DNA of 64,000 nucleotides, from NCBI GenBank assembly GCA_000708835.1, contig DF237000.1, forward strand, positions 4,166 to 68,165, given 5' to 3'. The DNA comes from Klebsormidium nitens. Its lineage: Eukaryota; Plantae; Klebsormidiophyceae. The notes beneath the pieces were generated by a model that ran no database searches, had not been told where the DNA came from, and saw only the letters and a program-made list of their open reading frames with translations. Both the position numbers and the translations under genes were made by a program. Shown piece by piece: positions 48,601-60,733 of this stretch (positions within the stretch are counted from its first letter, which is position 1; every line of letters begins with the position of its first letter).

Positions 48601-51328
48601 ATCTTTGAAGAACGGATCAACACGAGGGATGCCGTCAAGCTTGAGAAGAAGAAGCGGAGCACAGGCGCAGGTGTTATGCAGGAGGAAGGCGAAGGTAAGC
48701 TTCGTTCATGTTTCCGCATACCGGGCACATACTTCCCTGCAGGGACAGAAAGAAAGGATCACACTCCATACATATGTTTGACCCATTAAACTTTCGTCAT
48801 CTGAGGCCTGTTCAAAATGTGCTGATGGGGCTAAGGATATGCTGAAATGTTTGATATTCCTCTTCTGCAGAGCTGGAGGAAGAAGCGCAGAACACACAAG
48901 CAAGAGCCGAACCAGAGACGTTCTTCGAAGGAGGAGACTTCGTCGACTTCCCAGCACCGGACATGCAAGACATCGACTTCGTAAGAGCGCGTTTTCTCAA
49001 AAGTTACTTCATTTACTAACAAAAGCGGACCAGAAAGCAAGGATAGCAATAGCTTTGTATTCGTAGACATGAAAGACTAACTGTGTCAGTGGAGAACCAC
49101 TCAAACGGGCGCGCTTTTGCAGCTTCCACAGTTCCGGCCCCTGCCTGCAAGTAACAGATTTCGGAATGAGATTACCAGCGGCGCGTTTTGTCGTGCAGCC
49201 CCTGCCAGACAACGAGGAGTTTGGCTCCGTCGAGAAGCTTCGTGCTGCGCTGAAGACTCCTGCCAGCAATCCGGACGACGGCTTCGGGGATTTCACACCC
49301 ATACGGCCTGGTGAGCCTGTCTCCGTAACCATGCATCATAAGGTGTCTGACCGCCTGCTGTATCCTGCTGGAAAACCGTTTCCTAATTCTCGTGCTCTTT
49401 GAATCTGGAATTTGCGCAAAGAACAAAGGAAAATTGTAAGTGATTTGGTATTTGGGTTTCGTTTCCTTGCGTGCAGGTCTCGGCCAAGTTGACGGCAGCG
49501 CTCGTTCAAAGCTGAGCAAGCAATCGGGCGCCTCATCGCGGTCTGGCCGGCTCGCCATGGACGACGACGTCGACGCTCCAACTACGGGAAAGTGAGTGCA
49601 GGCGCCTTTTGTAACTAGGTGAAGGGAAAAGATAGTCGGTCTTACTCGCTCGATCTCCCGGGGTTAGGCTTTCCGCGCGCTCTGGCTGTGCGTGCCAGCC
49701 AAGAAGGGTTAAGAAGAGGTGCTTTGCTTTTCAGGGTTTCTGAAAACCTTGTCCCACGCGTTTCTTTCCGTCTGTGCGTTCCGTTTAGAGTCTGGTGCAG
49801 ATTGAAGTCCTCATTCCCACTGCTTTTCCATTCTTTGTAACAAAGCTCTCTGTCCAAACCCTCTACGCAGGTCCAGACGAGCGCAGCGCCTGTCAGAGGT
49901 TCTCAGCCAAGCGGGCATCTCGCCTGCGCTCAACGGTCCGTTTGGGGGCGACATGCTACCTGACATCGACGGCGAGTCTCCGGGACAGCAGCGACTTCAG
50001 GAGGCACTTTCCATGCAAGCCAGTAAGTCGAAAAGCAGCCCTAGGGCATGTATCGCGGAGGTCCGACTCCAGGGAGTTGTCCGAAATAATCCAAAAGAGT
50101 TCTTTTGAAGGCTTGCTACCGACAAACGGTCGTTTTCACGTGTTTTGATGGGAACCTTGCAAGCTCACTGTTTTCTTTTGTTATTTTCTTTTTCTTTCCC
50201 AGAAAAAAAGTTGTCAGGGCGCCTCTCTGTATAACCTTGTTGAGTAAACAGCCTAGCTCGCTTCTGAAAAGGTGCCTCCGAAGCAAAGCCACCGACGTCC
50301 TCCTCGCAGGTCTGTTGGAAGAAACGGCACCTGTCACGCAGGCACGTTACGTCCACGATGCCATCGATCGCGTCACTTCAAACGTCATGAAGTGAGTTTC
50401 TTGCATTACGCGCCCGCTCAAACTGTCCTCTGGTATCCACGTTCCCGCTTTATTTTCCTAAGGAGATCACAACTAAGCCTCTTTCTGAGTCGGACAGCCA
50501 ACCACCTTCACTGACGCTCTCTTGAGGCACCTCTACAGTGATGCGCTCGCTTGCGTATTCTGGGTGCGATCAGCAAGCCAAGAAAGTACCTTTCCCTGCT
50601 GCAGTGACTCTGGGGAGCTTGAAGCCTCTTAAGAAACACGTTCAGCACCAACTAGAGTAGCCACTTTTTCACGGCTTGTCATGTATGTACTCGTTAAAAT
50701 CTGAAGCCGCGTTCTTCTCTTGGATCAGCTACATGCGCGAGCAGTTCGACGCAGAGCAGGAGAAGCAGGAGGAGCCCCACCTGTCCATGGATGAGATGAC
50801 CAGAGGCCTCGACCGAACCCAGGCCGCCCGGTTCTTCTACCAGGTCTGCGGTAGGTGACCGTACGTCGACAAGCGTCAGCTCTGGCTTGTTCAGCGTCCT
50901 GGCAATTCATCCAAAAGACTGCTCATTTCACTTGATAATAACGTCCGACAGCAGGAGCGTGTCCTAAACCAGCTTTGAATCTTTCAGTCTCCAACGATGG
51001 GGGATCTTGAACATGGTCAAGATGATAGTCACTACTGTGGAAATTGGCTGCTTCTTCATGGTAAAAAGCTGAGAAAAGCTCTACTGATAAAGTTGAACGA
51101 AAAGGATGTGGGTAGTATGCTCTCTACGTTTGACAGTCTCCCACCCCCTTGAGCGGAAACCGTGACAGATAGTCCTTGTAGTGGTCCTGCAAACGGACTT
51201 GAAGCTTGTTCATTCACTGACCTTGGCGCTCGTGGCACTCTGCAGTCATGACATCGAACCGCTTTCTCAAGGTCGAGCAAGCAGAGCCATACGGGGACAT
51301 CTTGATGCTTAGAAGTAGGTTGCTGTAG
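45671..51328 (+). CDS. REC8: Rad21/Rec8 kleisin cohesin subunit, REC8/SYN1-like
   Basis: 18 phase-consistent exons: 45671-45723, 46103-46171, 46365-46468, 46634-46653, 46820-46993, 47129-47201, 47350-47413, 47584-47696, 47869-47951, 48133-48282, 48484-48694, 48871-48980, 49199-49310, 49477-49591, 49871-50022, 50310-50391, 50729-50850, 51246-51328. N-terminus MFYSHQLLSKKGPLGQIWIAATIQGKMNKKK..PLALRLSGILMGGVVIVY. C-terminal winged helix AARFFYQVCV..KVEQAEPYGDIL. Also LLEETAP and SVEKLR (ExxR separase-like). Confidence 0.88.
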
Positions 51329-51968
51329 TGTTAGTCAGATTGCACACGCGCAGCTGGTTGAGGCTAGCTTTCGTGTCAAAACCACCTACTAAACGATTGA
51401 GAATGAATGGGTTACAGTACCGTACTGAAAGTGTTTCTTGAATCATGAGCAGGATGCTACCCAAAAGAGGGAAGAGAGAAAGCCTCCCTGACAAGTGCAA
51501 ATATTGAGCCAATGAAGTATAAATGCTACGCCAGCGATGGAGACTTCGATTCCACGCTTGATTCACACGTCTTTGGCGGATGTAATCCGGCCGGCAGCGA
51601 TGACAATCCACGCACTGAAATACTTCTCCCAGGACTTTGGCAAGCCTTGCCCGGCAGCGTCGGCTCTGCAGCGCGGGAGCCAGGCCGGAGCCGCTTCATG
51701 TCACTCAGCGTGCGGCCGCCCGCGCTTCTGCTAAGGGGGCCCGCGGCCGGACGCCATGCGCGCGCTTATTTTCTGATTGCCGAATCCGCGGCCGCCTCGG
51801 CGGTCGCGCCCAGACTTCGAAACTTTCATGAAGCTGCTGCAGAGTCCAGACTGCAGACTCAGTCTTCTCTTACCATTTCAATTTGCCAGCGTTTGATCAT
51901 TTGTCCTGTGCTACAAAAAGCAGCTACTTATAATTATCAATCCGGAGCTCCTGCAAGAGGAGGGGCTG

Positions 51969-54900
51969 ATGATGAAAGCTGAGGATGGCCCTGGTGGGGC
52001 CGCTCGCGCTTTCACAAAGCATGACGTGTCGGGTGGCGTGCATTTGGAAAGAGGGCCCAACTCAGCCCCTGCGGACAGCACGGACTTGCGATCAGAAGAT
52101 CTAGAACAACCAATGTACCCCAGGTCTTTTGAATCCAGCGCCGATGTTTCTAACCTCAGCAAACGAGCCCCCTGGTGGAGTAGATGGAGGACGTCTGGAA
52201 GCTGGCAAAAGGTATCCACTTCTGAAAAGGAACCGAGCCCTCAAGCCCGGGGACCCCACGGACCGAGCAGAGGGTCCAAGCTTCTCGCAAGCGTGGCGGG
52301 CGCTTCAGTCATTGTCAATCTAGTCTTGCTGATGTTGTTGCTGGTAGCTTCGGGGCTCTGGCATGTGACGTCCGGTGGGGGGATAGCTTTGCTCGGAAGC
52401 TGGGCGGTCGACGAAGCGAGCACCGTGTTGGCTGCAGAATCATTCGTTTGTTCGGGGCGAGGGGTGCGGTATGCAGACACGACCGGGGACGGCTGCGAGT
52501 GTGACCAGTGCTATCACGGCCTGGACTGCTCGGAGCTCATGTCAAACTGCTCCGTGGATCTCAGCAGGTATGCCCAAAGATCTCTGCATTGTTTTTGGAA
52601 CCTAAAATCCTTCTTTCAGTATCAGCTGGTATTTGCGCCCCACTGACTGTTGAATTACTGACTCTGGGTGGTTATAACCTGCCGGAACCCCGCAAAAAAG
52701 GGTTGAAGATAGGAGGAACTCTGGTGATGATGGAGGTCCATGTTGTGAATCACAAGCAGTGGGAAGGTGTTATGAGAAAGAAACAAACAATCACCCGTGC
52801 TTGGAAATAGAGTGATGCATTTACTTCTATTGTTCGGGCTTTACTTTCTCAAAAGAGATCTCTTCATCAGCTCGTTAGCGAACTTGACCTTCGTCTCTGC
52901 ACGTCGCTGCTCATGCCTCATCTTTCAGATCTTTGAGGTCTGTTGTTGACAGCGTGAATTGGTGCGCAATTCCGGTGGGTGCGTAAGCCTGGTTTCATGA
53001 AAAGCGCTCTGCCTGAAGTCATGGGTGCAACTATTGTCTGATCCTGCTTTCAAAGTACAAGACAGAAGGAGCGCATCCGTGATGGGCTGTAACAGGCATT
53101 CTAATCCCCCAGTTCATTGTCCACTCAGCCTAGTTGGAGCTCGGAGAATCTAGACAGGAACCAAGAGAGCAATAAAATATGAAAGCAGACTCTGAACCTT
53201 CCCAGGAAAGACTGAACGGAAACTGATACTACAAATGGAGACTCAGGCAAAAATCTACCCCTTCACTGCAGCGGCACCCCGACTCTGTTCCAAGATTACT
53301 GGACGGCAAACCTCGAAGCAAGCGCTGCCTTCATTCCGGGGAACTTCCGCCTCGGCTACTCGGACGGCAATCTGGAGGGGCTGGAAAGCGCGGTCCGAAA
53401 ACTGCATGCAACTGTGGGGAATGTCAACATGGACGGCCGACAGCTGGTGATGTCAGCGGGGTCAACACAAATGATCTTTGGGCTGCTGTATGCGATAAGC
53501 GCCGTGAACAGGGAGAACGGTTTCCAGGGGAAGACGGCGGTGACGTCAGCGCCACCATACTATAACGTGAGCGGTTTACAGTGTGTGTCCTCTTCTTCTT
53601 CCGCTCGAAGATGCGTGTCTTCTTTTTCCACGCCTTTCTTTACTGGAGTTTCTTAGCCGTTCTTTCTCTCCGTCCTCCTCCCATTTGACCAGTTACAAGA
53701 CCAGCATGACACTGATCAAAAGTAGGTTGACCATGACGTCAGCAACCCTGTACTATACTGTGGGAGGCAAGCGAGTTTGAGTCGAATTCTGCCTGCGACC
53801 GGCAATCACTTTATGCTCAGACAAGGAGTAGAGGCAATTCCAGGCTTTCAATCGGATCCCATATGACATCTGCCTGTATTGCGCATGTCGCAGTTGCCTG
53901 GCTTGTTTGCGCGTTGCTTCTCGAAGCCATCTTGGGCAGACTCAAATCAATGCCGTTGGTGCCTGACAAAAACGCATGTTCAAGGCTTGTCCCAGCTTTT
54001 GAAATGATTGCGTGGGCTTTTCTCAGGAAGTGGAGGCAGTCCAATCAGGAAGCTGAAGCGGACTCCTAGTTATCCAATTGGCCGCAAGTATCTCTTGACG
54101 AACTAAATTCTTGTTCTAGTGTGTGATAAAAGCTTCTGAAGGTTGTCGGGTCCAATAGATTTTAGTGGTGGCGACGAGCATGTACATTAGGAGACGCTAC
54201 TTTTTCTGTGGCTTCTTCCACCTCTTCGGTGTGGGTTTATTCCTCCTCCAGTATCCGTTTGTAAGAGAACAATGGGGCTTGAGCATCGAAGGCCGTGAGA
54301 GTTGCTCGACTCTTTCAAGGAAGGGCGAGTAGATTTGTTGTCGTGCTGCAATTTTCATTTTCAAGACCACGTTCAGGAGGGAAGGAATTCTGATGCTGGG
54401 TCCGCCGGAAACCACGCGTAAGGCCTGCTCCTAAATCAGCTGCCAGGTGCATCTGGCGCGACCAGTCGATTCAGCCGCTCTTTGTCTCAGCTTTCCAGTT
54501 ATCGGCACCTTATTTTGGACCTGACGCCCACCGACTGCCAAGGCTCGAACCACTTCAAGCTTTCTGCTGAACCCTGATCGTTTATCCGTCGCTTTCCCCC
54601 TCCCCAGCTGTACTCGTACGGGACAAAGATGGAGAGTTCCGAGCTCTTCGAGTGGCGCGCCTACGCTGACGTCATCAACGCGTCAGCACCCAGTATCAAC
54701 TTCGTCGTGAGCCCGAACAACCCCGACGGGCGCTTGGGGGATCCGGAGTTTCCGCCGCCCTCGGTTGCGATCCACGACTTCGCTTACTACTGGCCGCACT
54801 TCACGGCGATCACTGCGGAGGCGGATTATGACGTCATGCTGTTTACGCTGTCCAAGGTGTCGGGCCACGCGGGGTCTCGCGTTGGGTGAGAAGCAATCTC

Positions 54901-57278
54901 ACTTTCTTATGGTTTCAGGGTTTTAGAGTTTTAGGGTCTTTGGGTATTTAGCTATCTACTGGTTGCTTGTGACACACCTGAGGCCTGCCAAACCGGACAG
55001 ATGGGTTTTCAAAGAACTCCGATTGAGCAGGCTCGACGCGTTCAATAATTGCTAAGTCGAGTCAGATTTATGATGAACCATTTATACCTTCCTCTCAAGC
55101 CAACTGTACTCGACCTTATAGTGCAGATATTGTACGTTAAAGCTCGGTCTGGAGGCCTATCTGCGGTAGTCCCTAAGCGTCGGTACCTCCTTTCTTTGAC
55201 CGATGCACATCAGAAGAAACTTCAGGACTCGGCTTTTACCCGGAACGCCAGGGTAGCGGACTTTCTTTGACTTAGCCTTCAAGTTTCCCCGCATCATCTG
55301 CCGCTATACGCATAAGCTCCAAAACGTCACCTGAACCTCAAAGCTGACCTCAAACCCTTCGAACTTGCAGATGGGTTTGGCTAAGGAACGCCAGAATACC
55401 GGAAGTCCTTTGACTATACCTCTCCGTCTGCAGTATAACCGTGTCACGAGACTCCTCTTTTCCAGGACGTAAATGTATCCTTAACCAACTGCTTAATCCC
55501 TTACTTGACCGTGACCTTTGACGCCAATTTTGCAGGTGGGTTTGGCTAAGGGACGCCAGGTCAGCGGAGGTTCTTCGACTATACCTTATGATCCACAGCT
55601 TCACGATGTCACTCAACTTGTACGTTCTAGAATGTAACCTCAGTCTTAACCCTGACCGTAACCCATCCATCTTCGCAGGTGGGTTTGGCTAAGGGACGCC
55701 AGGTTAGCGGAGGTTCTTCGACTATACCTTATGATCCACAGCATTACTATGTCACACGAGTCCCAGTACCGCGCGATCAAGCTCATTTCCGCGATCACTG
55801 ACGGGTATGCAAGCGCCGCCGAGCGCACTGCGAGCCTCACGGGGTTCACGCCGCAAGCAGGTGAGGTTGACGTCAGCGAATGCGATGGAACGCATTGCTT
55901 TGTTTGCTACAGAGGTGTGCTTCTTTGCAAGTCGTCCTAGGGTCTGGGTATTCGAGCGCTTCTTAGCTTGACATGAAGGCAGGGGGAGTTCAGCTGCCGT
56001 TTTACGAAAATCAGTGGAATTTATTGGACTGCTTTCAACGAATTGATTCCACTCTGAACTCATCGCATCTAGACCTGACATGCGTCCCACTCCATCGTTC
56101 TTTTGCAATTTCGTTCCGGTTTCACCAACCTGCGGGCCGGGTACCTTTATCTGGCCTCTGTAAGCGATTCAAAAAGTCCTGCTTTGTAAACTACTATGCT
56201 AATCACTTAAACGAAGACTATTTGATGAAAGTAAACAACTCGGTGCTCTCATTATTGTGGGCGTTCCCCCTCCCCTGACCGCCACGTGTCGTCCTCCCAT
56301 TTGCAGCCGCTGCCGAGGGGCGCCTGTTCCACTTCGCGAAGCTCGTGATGCAGAATAGGTGGGACAGACTGCACTCCGTGTTGGGAACGACGGGGACCGA
56401 TTCTCAAACGAGAGTCACCATTCAGGCGTTGCCGCCCGCAGCTTCCTGCGGGTTCTTCCAGCAAACCGTCACTCCTTCCCCTGGTGAGGTTTAACACTTT
56501 TTCTGCGGGTTGAGTGTTGATCAAGGCATCCCCTTGGTAAGAAAGAACAGACCTTTTTCCTAGCAACCCTGCTAGTAAGGTGGAGGTTTGAGTCAGTTAG
56601 TTTACTGGAAATATTGAGTGGGATCCACTACTGTAATTTCGCTGGCTCTAAAGACCAGCAAGTGGCTCGGAAGTCAACCGTAGGTTCTTGTTGAACGAAC
56701 TGTCCACGGTGTTGAGAAGGGTACCTGCGACGAGATCTTAGTTCTATGCAAAGCTTGACCTTGGGTGATGACGCCCCGCCTAGTGCGAAATTCCAAGCAG
56801 TAGTATGGTCTTTTTACATGGTCCTGCGGTTGCCAGACAGCTAACGCTGACTTTGGTGTGGGCTTGGCAGTCGATGATCCGACGTTTAGGATCAGCCGAG
56901 ATTAATGTGGGTTCAGAGCCTTCCCTGTACGACACACCTCTATCGCCGATATTGAAAAGTAAACCCGCTTCGCCTTGTCTCACTGCTTTTGACCCCACCG
57001 AAGCTTCGCGACCAAGCCTTTCCGAAAGCACTAGCTCTTCCCGCTTATGACTTTCCAATACGTCACTCACAAAATTGTCGCTTGCAGCCTATGCGTATTT
57101 GCACTGCCGCTTGGCCACCGATCCAGACTGCTTCGAGCTTCTTCGCGCGAACGGGATCGTTGGACGTCCGGGTGTGGTTTTCGGAGGCGATAGTTCATTC
57201 GTACGGCTCAGCTTGCTCGGTCGAGAAAGCGACTTTGTATTGACGCTCGAGCGATTGAAGACCATTGCCGAATCATGA
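51969..57278 (+). CDS. Alliinase/tryptophan-aminotransferase-related (TAA/TAR family) PLP enzyme with N-terminal membrane anchor and EGF-like domain
   Basis: Exons 51969-52567, 53272-53566, 54608-54885, 55679-55860, 56307-56483, 57088-57278, phase-consistent. EGF-like CSGRG..CECDQCYHGLDCS. Motifs: LHATVGN, GSTQ, APPYY, SPNNPDG, HDFAYYWPHFT, FTLSKVSGHAGSRVGW (PLP lysine), PSPAYAYLHC, FGG..FVRLSLL. Confidence 0.92.
55360..55760 (+). repeat. Tandem copies of the alliinase/TAR exon-4 acceptor and exon start
   Basis: gcag|(g/a)tgggtttggctaagg(g/a)acgccag at 55371, 55536 and the real exon at 55679. Confidence 0.9.
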
Positions 57279-58339
57279 CTGTTTGATGCGCACTGAAATT
57301 GTAGACTTACACTATTGTACAAAGCTATCAGCCTAGGTTAAACACAGGCAATGTACCCTGCGGTAACTCCCCCTACAATAGTTGTAGTGTACACTCAGGT
57401 CATGCTGCAATATATAAGAGCCCGTGTAAAATTAAGTCCATCATTTGTTTGAAAGCATGATTGCAGATCGAAGAAGGTTATAGTCAGAAGCGTCTCGGAT
57501 GACCCTTAAGAAATTCGAGAACCATGGCTGGGTCGTTCGCATCTCGAGGCTAGAGGCCTACTTTCAAGTTTAAGGTCTTTCAATTGAGCCTCTATAATAT
57601 TAGCACCTGCTGTGTCGAATCAGCTTGTGCTTAATTCAAATTATTTGGGCAATGCTGATTCGATTCACTGAAAATGCATCGGAATGGAAGCAGATTCTAG
57701 AACTGACTCTGAGCTCATGGCAAGCAATGAGGCTGGGGCCGGGCTTCTATCACTTGCAATCAAGTGCTCGTTTCCCGACTTATGCATCCGAAATAACCAG
57801 CTTAATCAGTCGGAGCGAACTCTAGCAAACGTGAGGCCGCCTGCTATGCATGCCAGTGTGAATGATCGATGGCGCAGGCCGCATATAACAGCTCGCGCTA
57901 GAAGATGCTTTCTTGTCGGCTGGAGGGTAAAAGCATTTGAAGCACTTCAAACCCCAGTCCCCAAAACCTCACATTCACTTACGTTACAGAAAATTCATCC
58001 AAATCAAGCCACTCAAATCGCGCGATGAGCCGCGGGGCTCAGGCGCGCGCGCCCAAGTTGCTAGCCAATATATGGTGCCGCGCGATCGGGGACGGTGATC
58101 GACACTACAGGGTTACGGGCTTGCGAAACAGCCGCGGGTGCAACACACATATTCCATAGGATATCAGCATGTCATATGGCAGAGTAAGATCACTGGCCTA
58201 ATTATGGAACTGTCGATCACGTAGACCAATGAGCTGGGCCATACCGCGAACAGTAATCGGATCGCTTGATCCAGTTATACTAATTGATCTTAGTTTTAAT
58301 AATAGGTGACATAGTGACCAGTGATTAACAACCCCCTAA

Positions 58340-59060
58340 ATCCGTGGCGCACAAAAGTGGGCATACGGTAATACGGGCCTGCGAGCGCCGCACACCAGTG
58401 TGCGGCTGCCCTCGAAAAGTGCCGCACACTTTCTGCTGGGTTGAGCCAGAACGTGGCCACTAACTTGAGCCCACTGCCCAGGGTCGCTGAGGCTTGGTTT
58501 CGGCCGGGTCCATTTCTTAACCTGTCTAACCTGCGAGAAAAATGCGCCAGCTAGGATGCTTGTTGCGCGCACTTATAAGTAGCACGTCATAGCCTTCTGG
58601 GGTTTCCAAAGGCCTTCTGTACATATGTGCAAGCTGACGGTACATTAAAGCATGTGGGTCAGCACTATAAGCAGTGGCTTATTGCCCAGTAAGGGAAGCC
58701 TACTTATATAGCAGTTGTCTTCAAAGGCACGTCGATGTGGCTGTATATATTTGGAATATATACAGCCGCGAAGTAACTATCTGGGGGCGCTCGTTCATAT
58801 AAGGTAAGCTAAGCTGGACAGGGACCGGGGCCCGGGCACAATGCTCGGACGTAGATGAATTCTTTAAATCGAGGCCGGAAGTGCCCGGTAAAAGTTGCTT
58901 GAAGCCGGTTCAAGGCCGTCTTTGATGCATTTTGGTCAATAAGAGTCCGGTATTCCGGGTGCAGGCTTGCATCATAGGCGCACACAGTGTGCGGCTGTGT
59001 CCCAAATTCTGCCGCACAAAGGTGGGCGGCTGGCCTGCGGCCAGCCGCACTTTGTACCTG
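58340..59060. mobile_element. Possible non-autonomous DNA-transposon remnant with GCCGCACA/TGTGCGGC inverted sub-repeats
   Basis: The motif occurs in both orientations at 58387, 58399, 58421, 58988 and 59011, with a perfect 10-bp-arm hairpin at 59026-59048. No TIR, TSD or transposase could be delimited. Confidence 0.3.
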
Positions 59061-60733
59061 GCGCGTGCGCGGCGCGTTAAACACTGATAGTGACCGTCGC
59101 TTCAAGCTTGTCCATGAGTGTGAGCTTCGCCGAGTCGTACGTTCAATTTGCATGATGCACGGGACCGTACCGTACGAGTCCGGGGCGCCCAACCGCGGCC
59201 GCGCGCGCTGCCACTACGCGGGGGTTCCGAGCTAGCACTGCAGAGAGGGATCCCCGGGCGCCCTGGTCAACGACTGCACACTTCTGGCTTTCGATGACGA
59301 CACCGGAGTCGGACTCGCCTGTCGGAAGAGACTCGAGAGTTGACGGCCCATGGAGCGGCTTGCGGCTGCTCGTTGGCTCGTGTCACTGGGGACAATAGTA
59401 GCAACTAGTCAACAGTCTGAACAGTCAGGGGAACTCCCTGCAGTGCGGCGTGCGAACTACAATACTGTATTGGTCAATGGGCGACCCAGCTGGATTGCAA
59501 GAGTATCTCAGTAGCAATTGACTTCTTTCTTTTTACGTTCTTCCAAGCGTGGAACAATTAATTCCTCAGCTGCTCCAACCTTCAAGCTCATACTAGTACA
59601 AGGGATTGCAGTTTCAATCCTCTGGTGCAGCTGTCACTGCAGTGCCTGCGTGACCTTTGCAGTCAATGCAGTTCACGCTCACGTCTGGAGTGCCGCAGCC
59701 TGGGCCGAGTATCTCGTGAACAACCAGTCAACGACCTTTAACTTCAACCACTCAAAGGCAGTTAGATACCTAAGTGCTAGCGGTTACCCAGCAAGAGCCC
59801 TAGCATATATTCGCCTCCAGTCCACGGTTATACCGTAGATCAGGATTGTGACGAACTCTTAGTCATCATTGCGGGTACTCATGCAGTAAGTGTCCGATTG
59901 TCAGCTGCAGCCGTGTCGAGTCTGCACTGGATGAAAATTTCATACAGGTTGAAGCAGTCACATAGCTCATGCACGTGACTAGGCTGGAAAGTCAGCACAG
60001 CTACAAGCGAGTCTCTTCACTGATACTGTAGAGGTAATTCTAGGACTATATCAAGCATTGCCTGTTGCCATATAGATCAACACTTGAGTGTACTTATATG
60101 CTTCAGAAACGTACAGAAACGCACCATCCAGCTTGTCAAACTTCTCAAGGCCAAGACCTGAAGACAGCGCCCCTGATCAGCTGCCTCAATTTTTTCTTCA
60201 GTTGGATTTGAATACCTAGCGACCATTTCCCTGGATCTACAGAGCATATATTCGTAAGAAGCGTCCGAAGAACCGAGCTAGCCTCCTCAGCCCCCTTCCT
60301 TTGCCAACCCTTATAGAACAGCTAGTACTACCGTCTTCACTTAGCGCCTTCGACAAGCAGTGGAGGACCGGATTGTCCGACCAATCACAACCGAGGGCAA
60401 GACAGGTAAGATGACGGCGTCTGAGAGTCCGTTTAAGAATAAATATACTCATATAGAACGTGGTTTATGATGGTATTACAGGCTCATTGCTTGCATGCGT
60501 GATATCTCCAGGTCAGCCAGACAATATGCTCAAAATTCTTCGGTCGTAACGACTTGATGCCGCCATCCAAAAAGGAAGAGAGCAACGACGGACCACATTT
60601 AGCAAGCTCAAGATCAATCAGGATACGCATTCATTCTGATACCAAACACAGCACCCAACTCAGCATGCAGAAACGGCGGTCAGCTGGCTAACTTCCTTTT
60701 CCTCACGTTCACAGAACGCAAAAGCTTGAGGGG

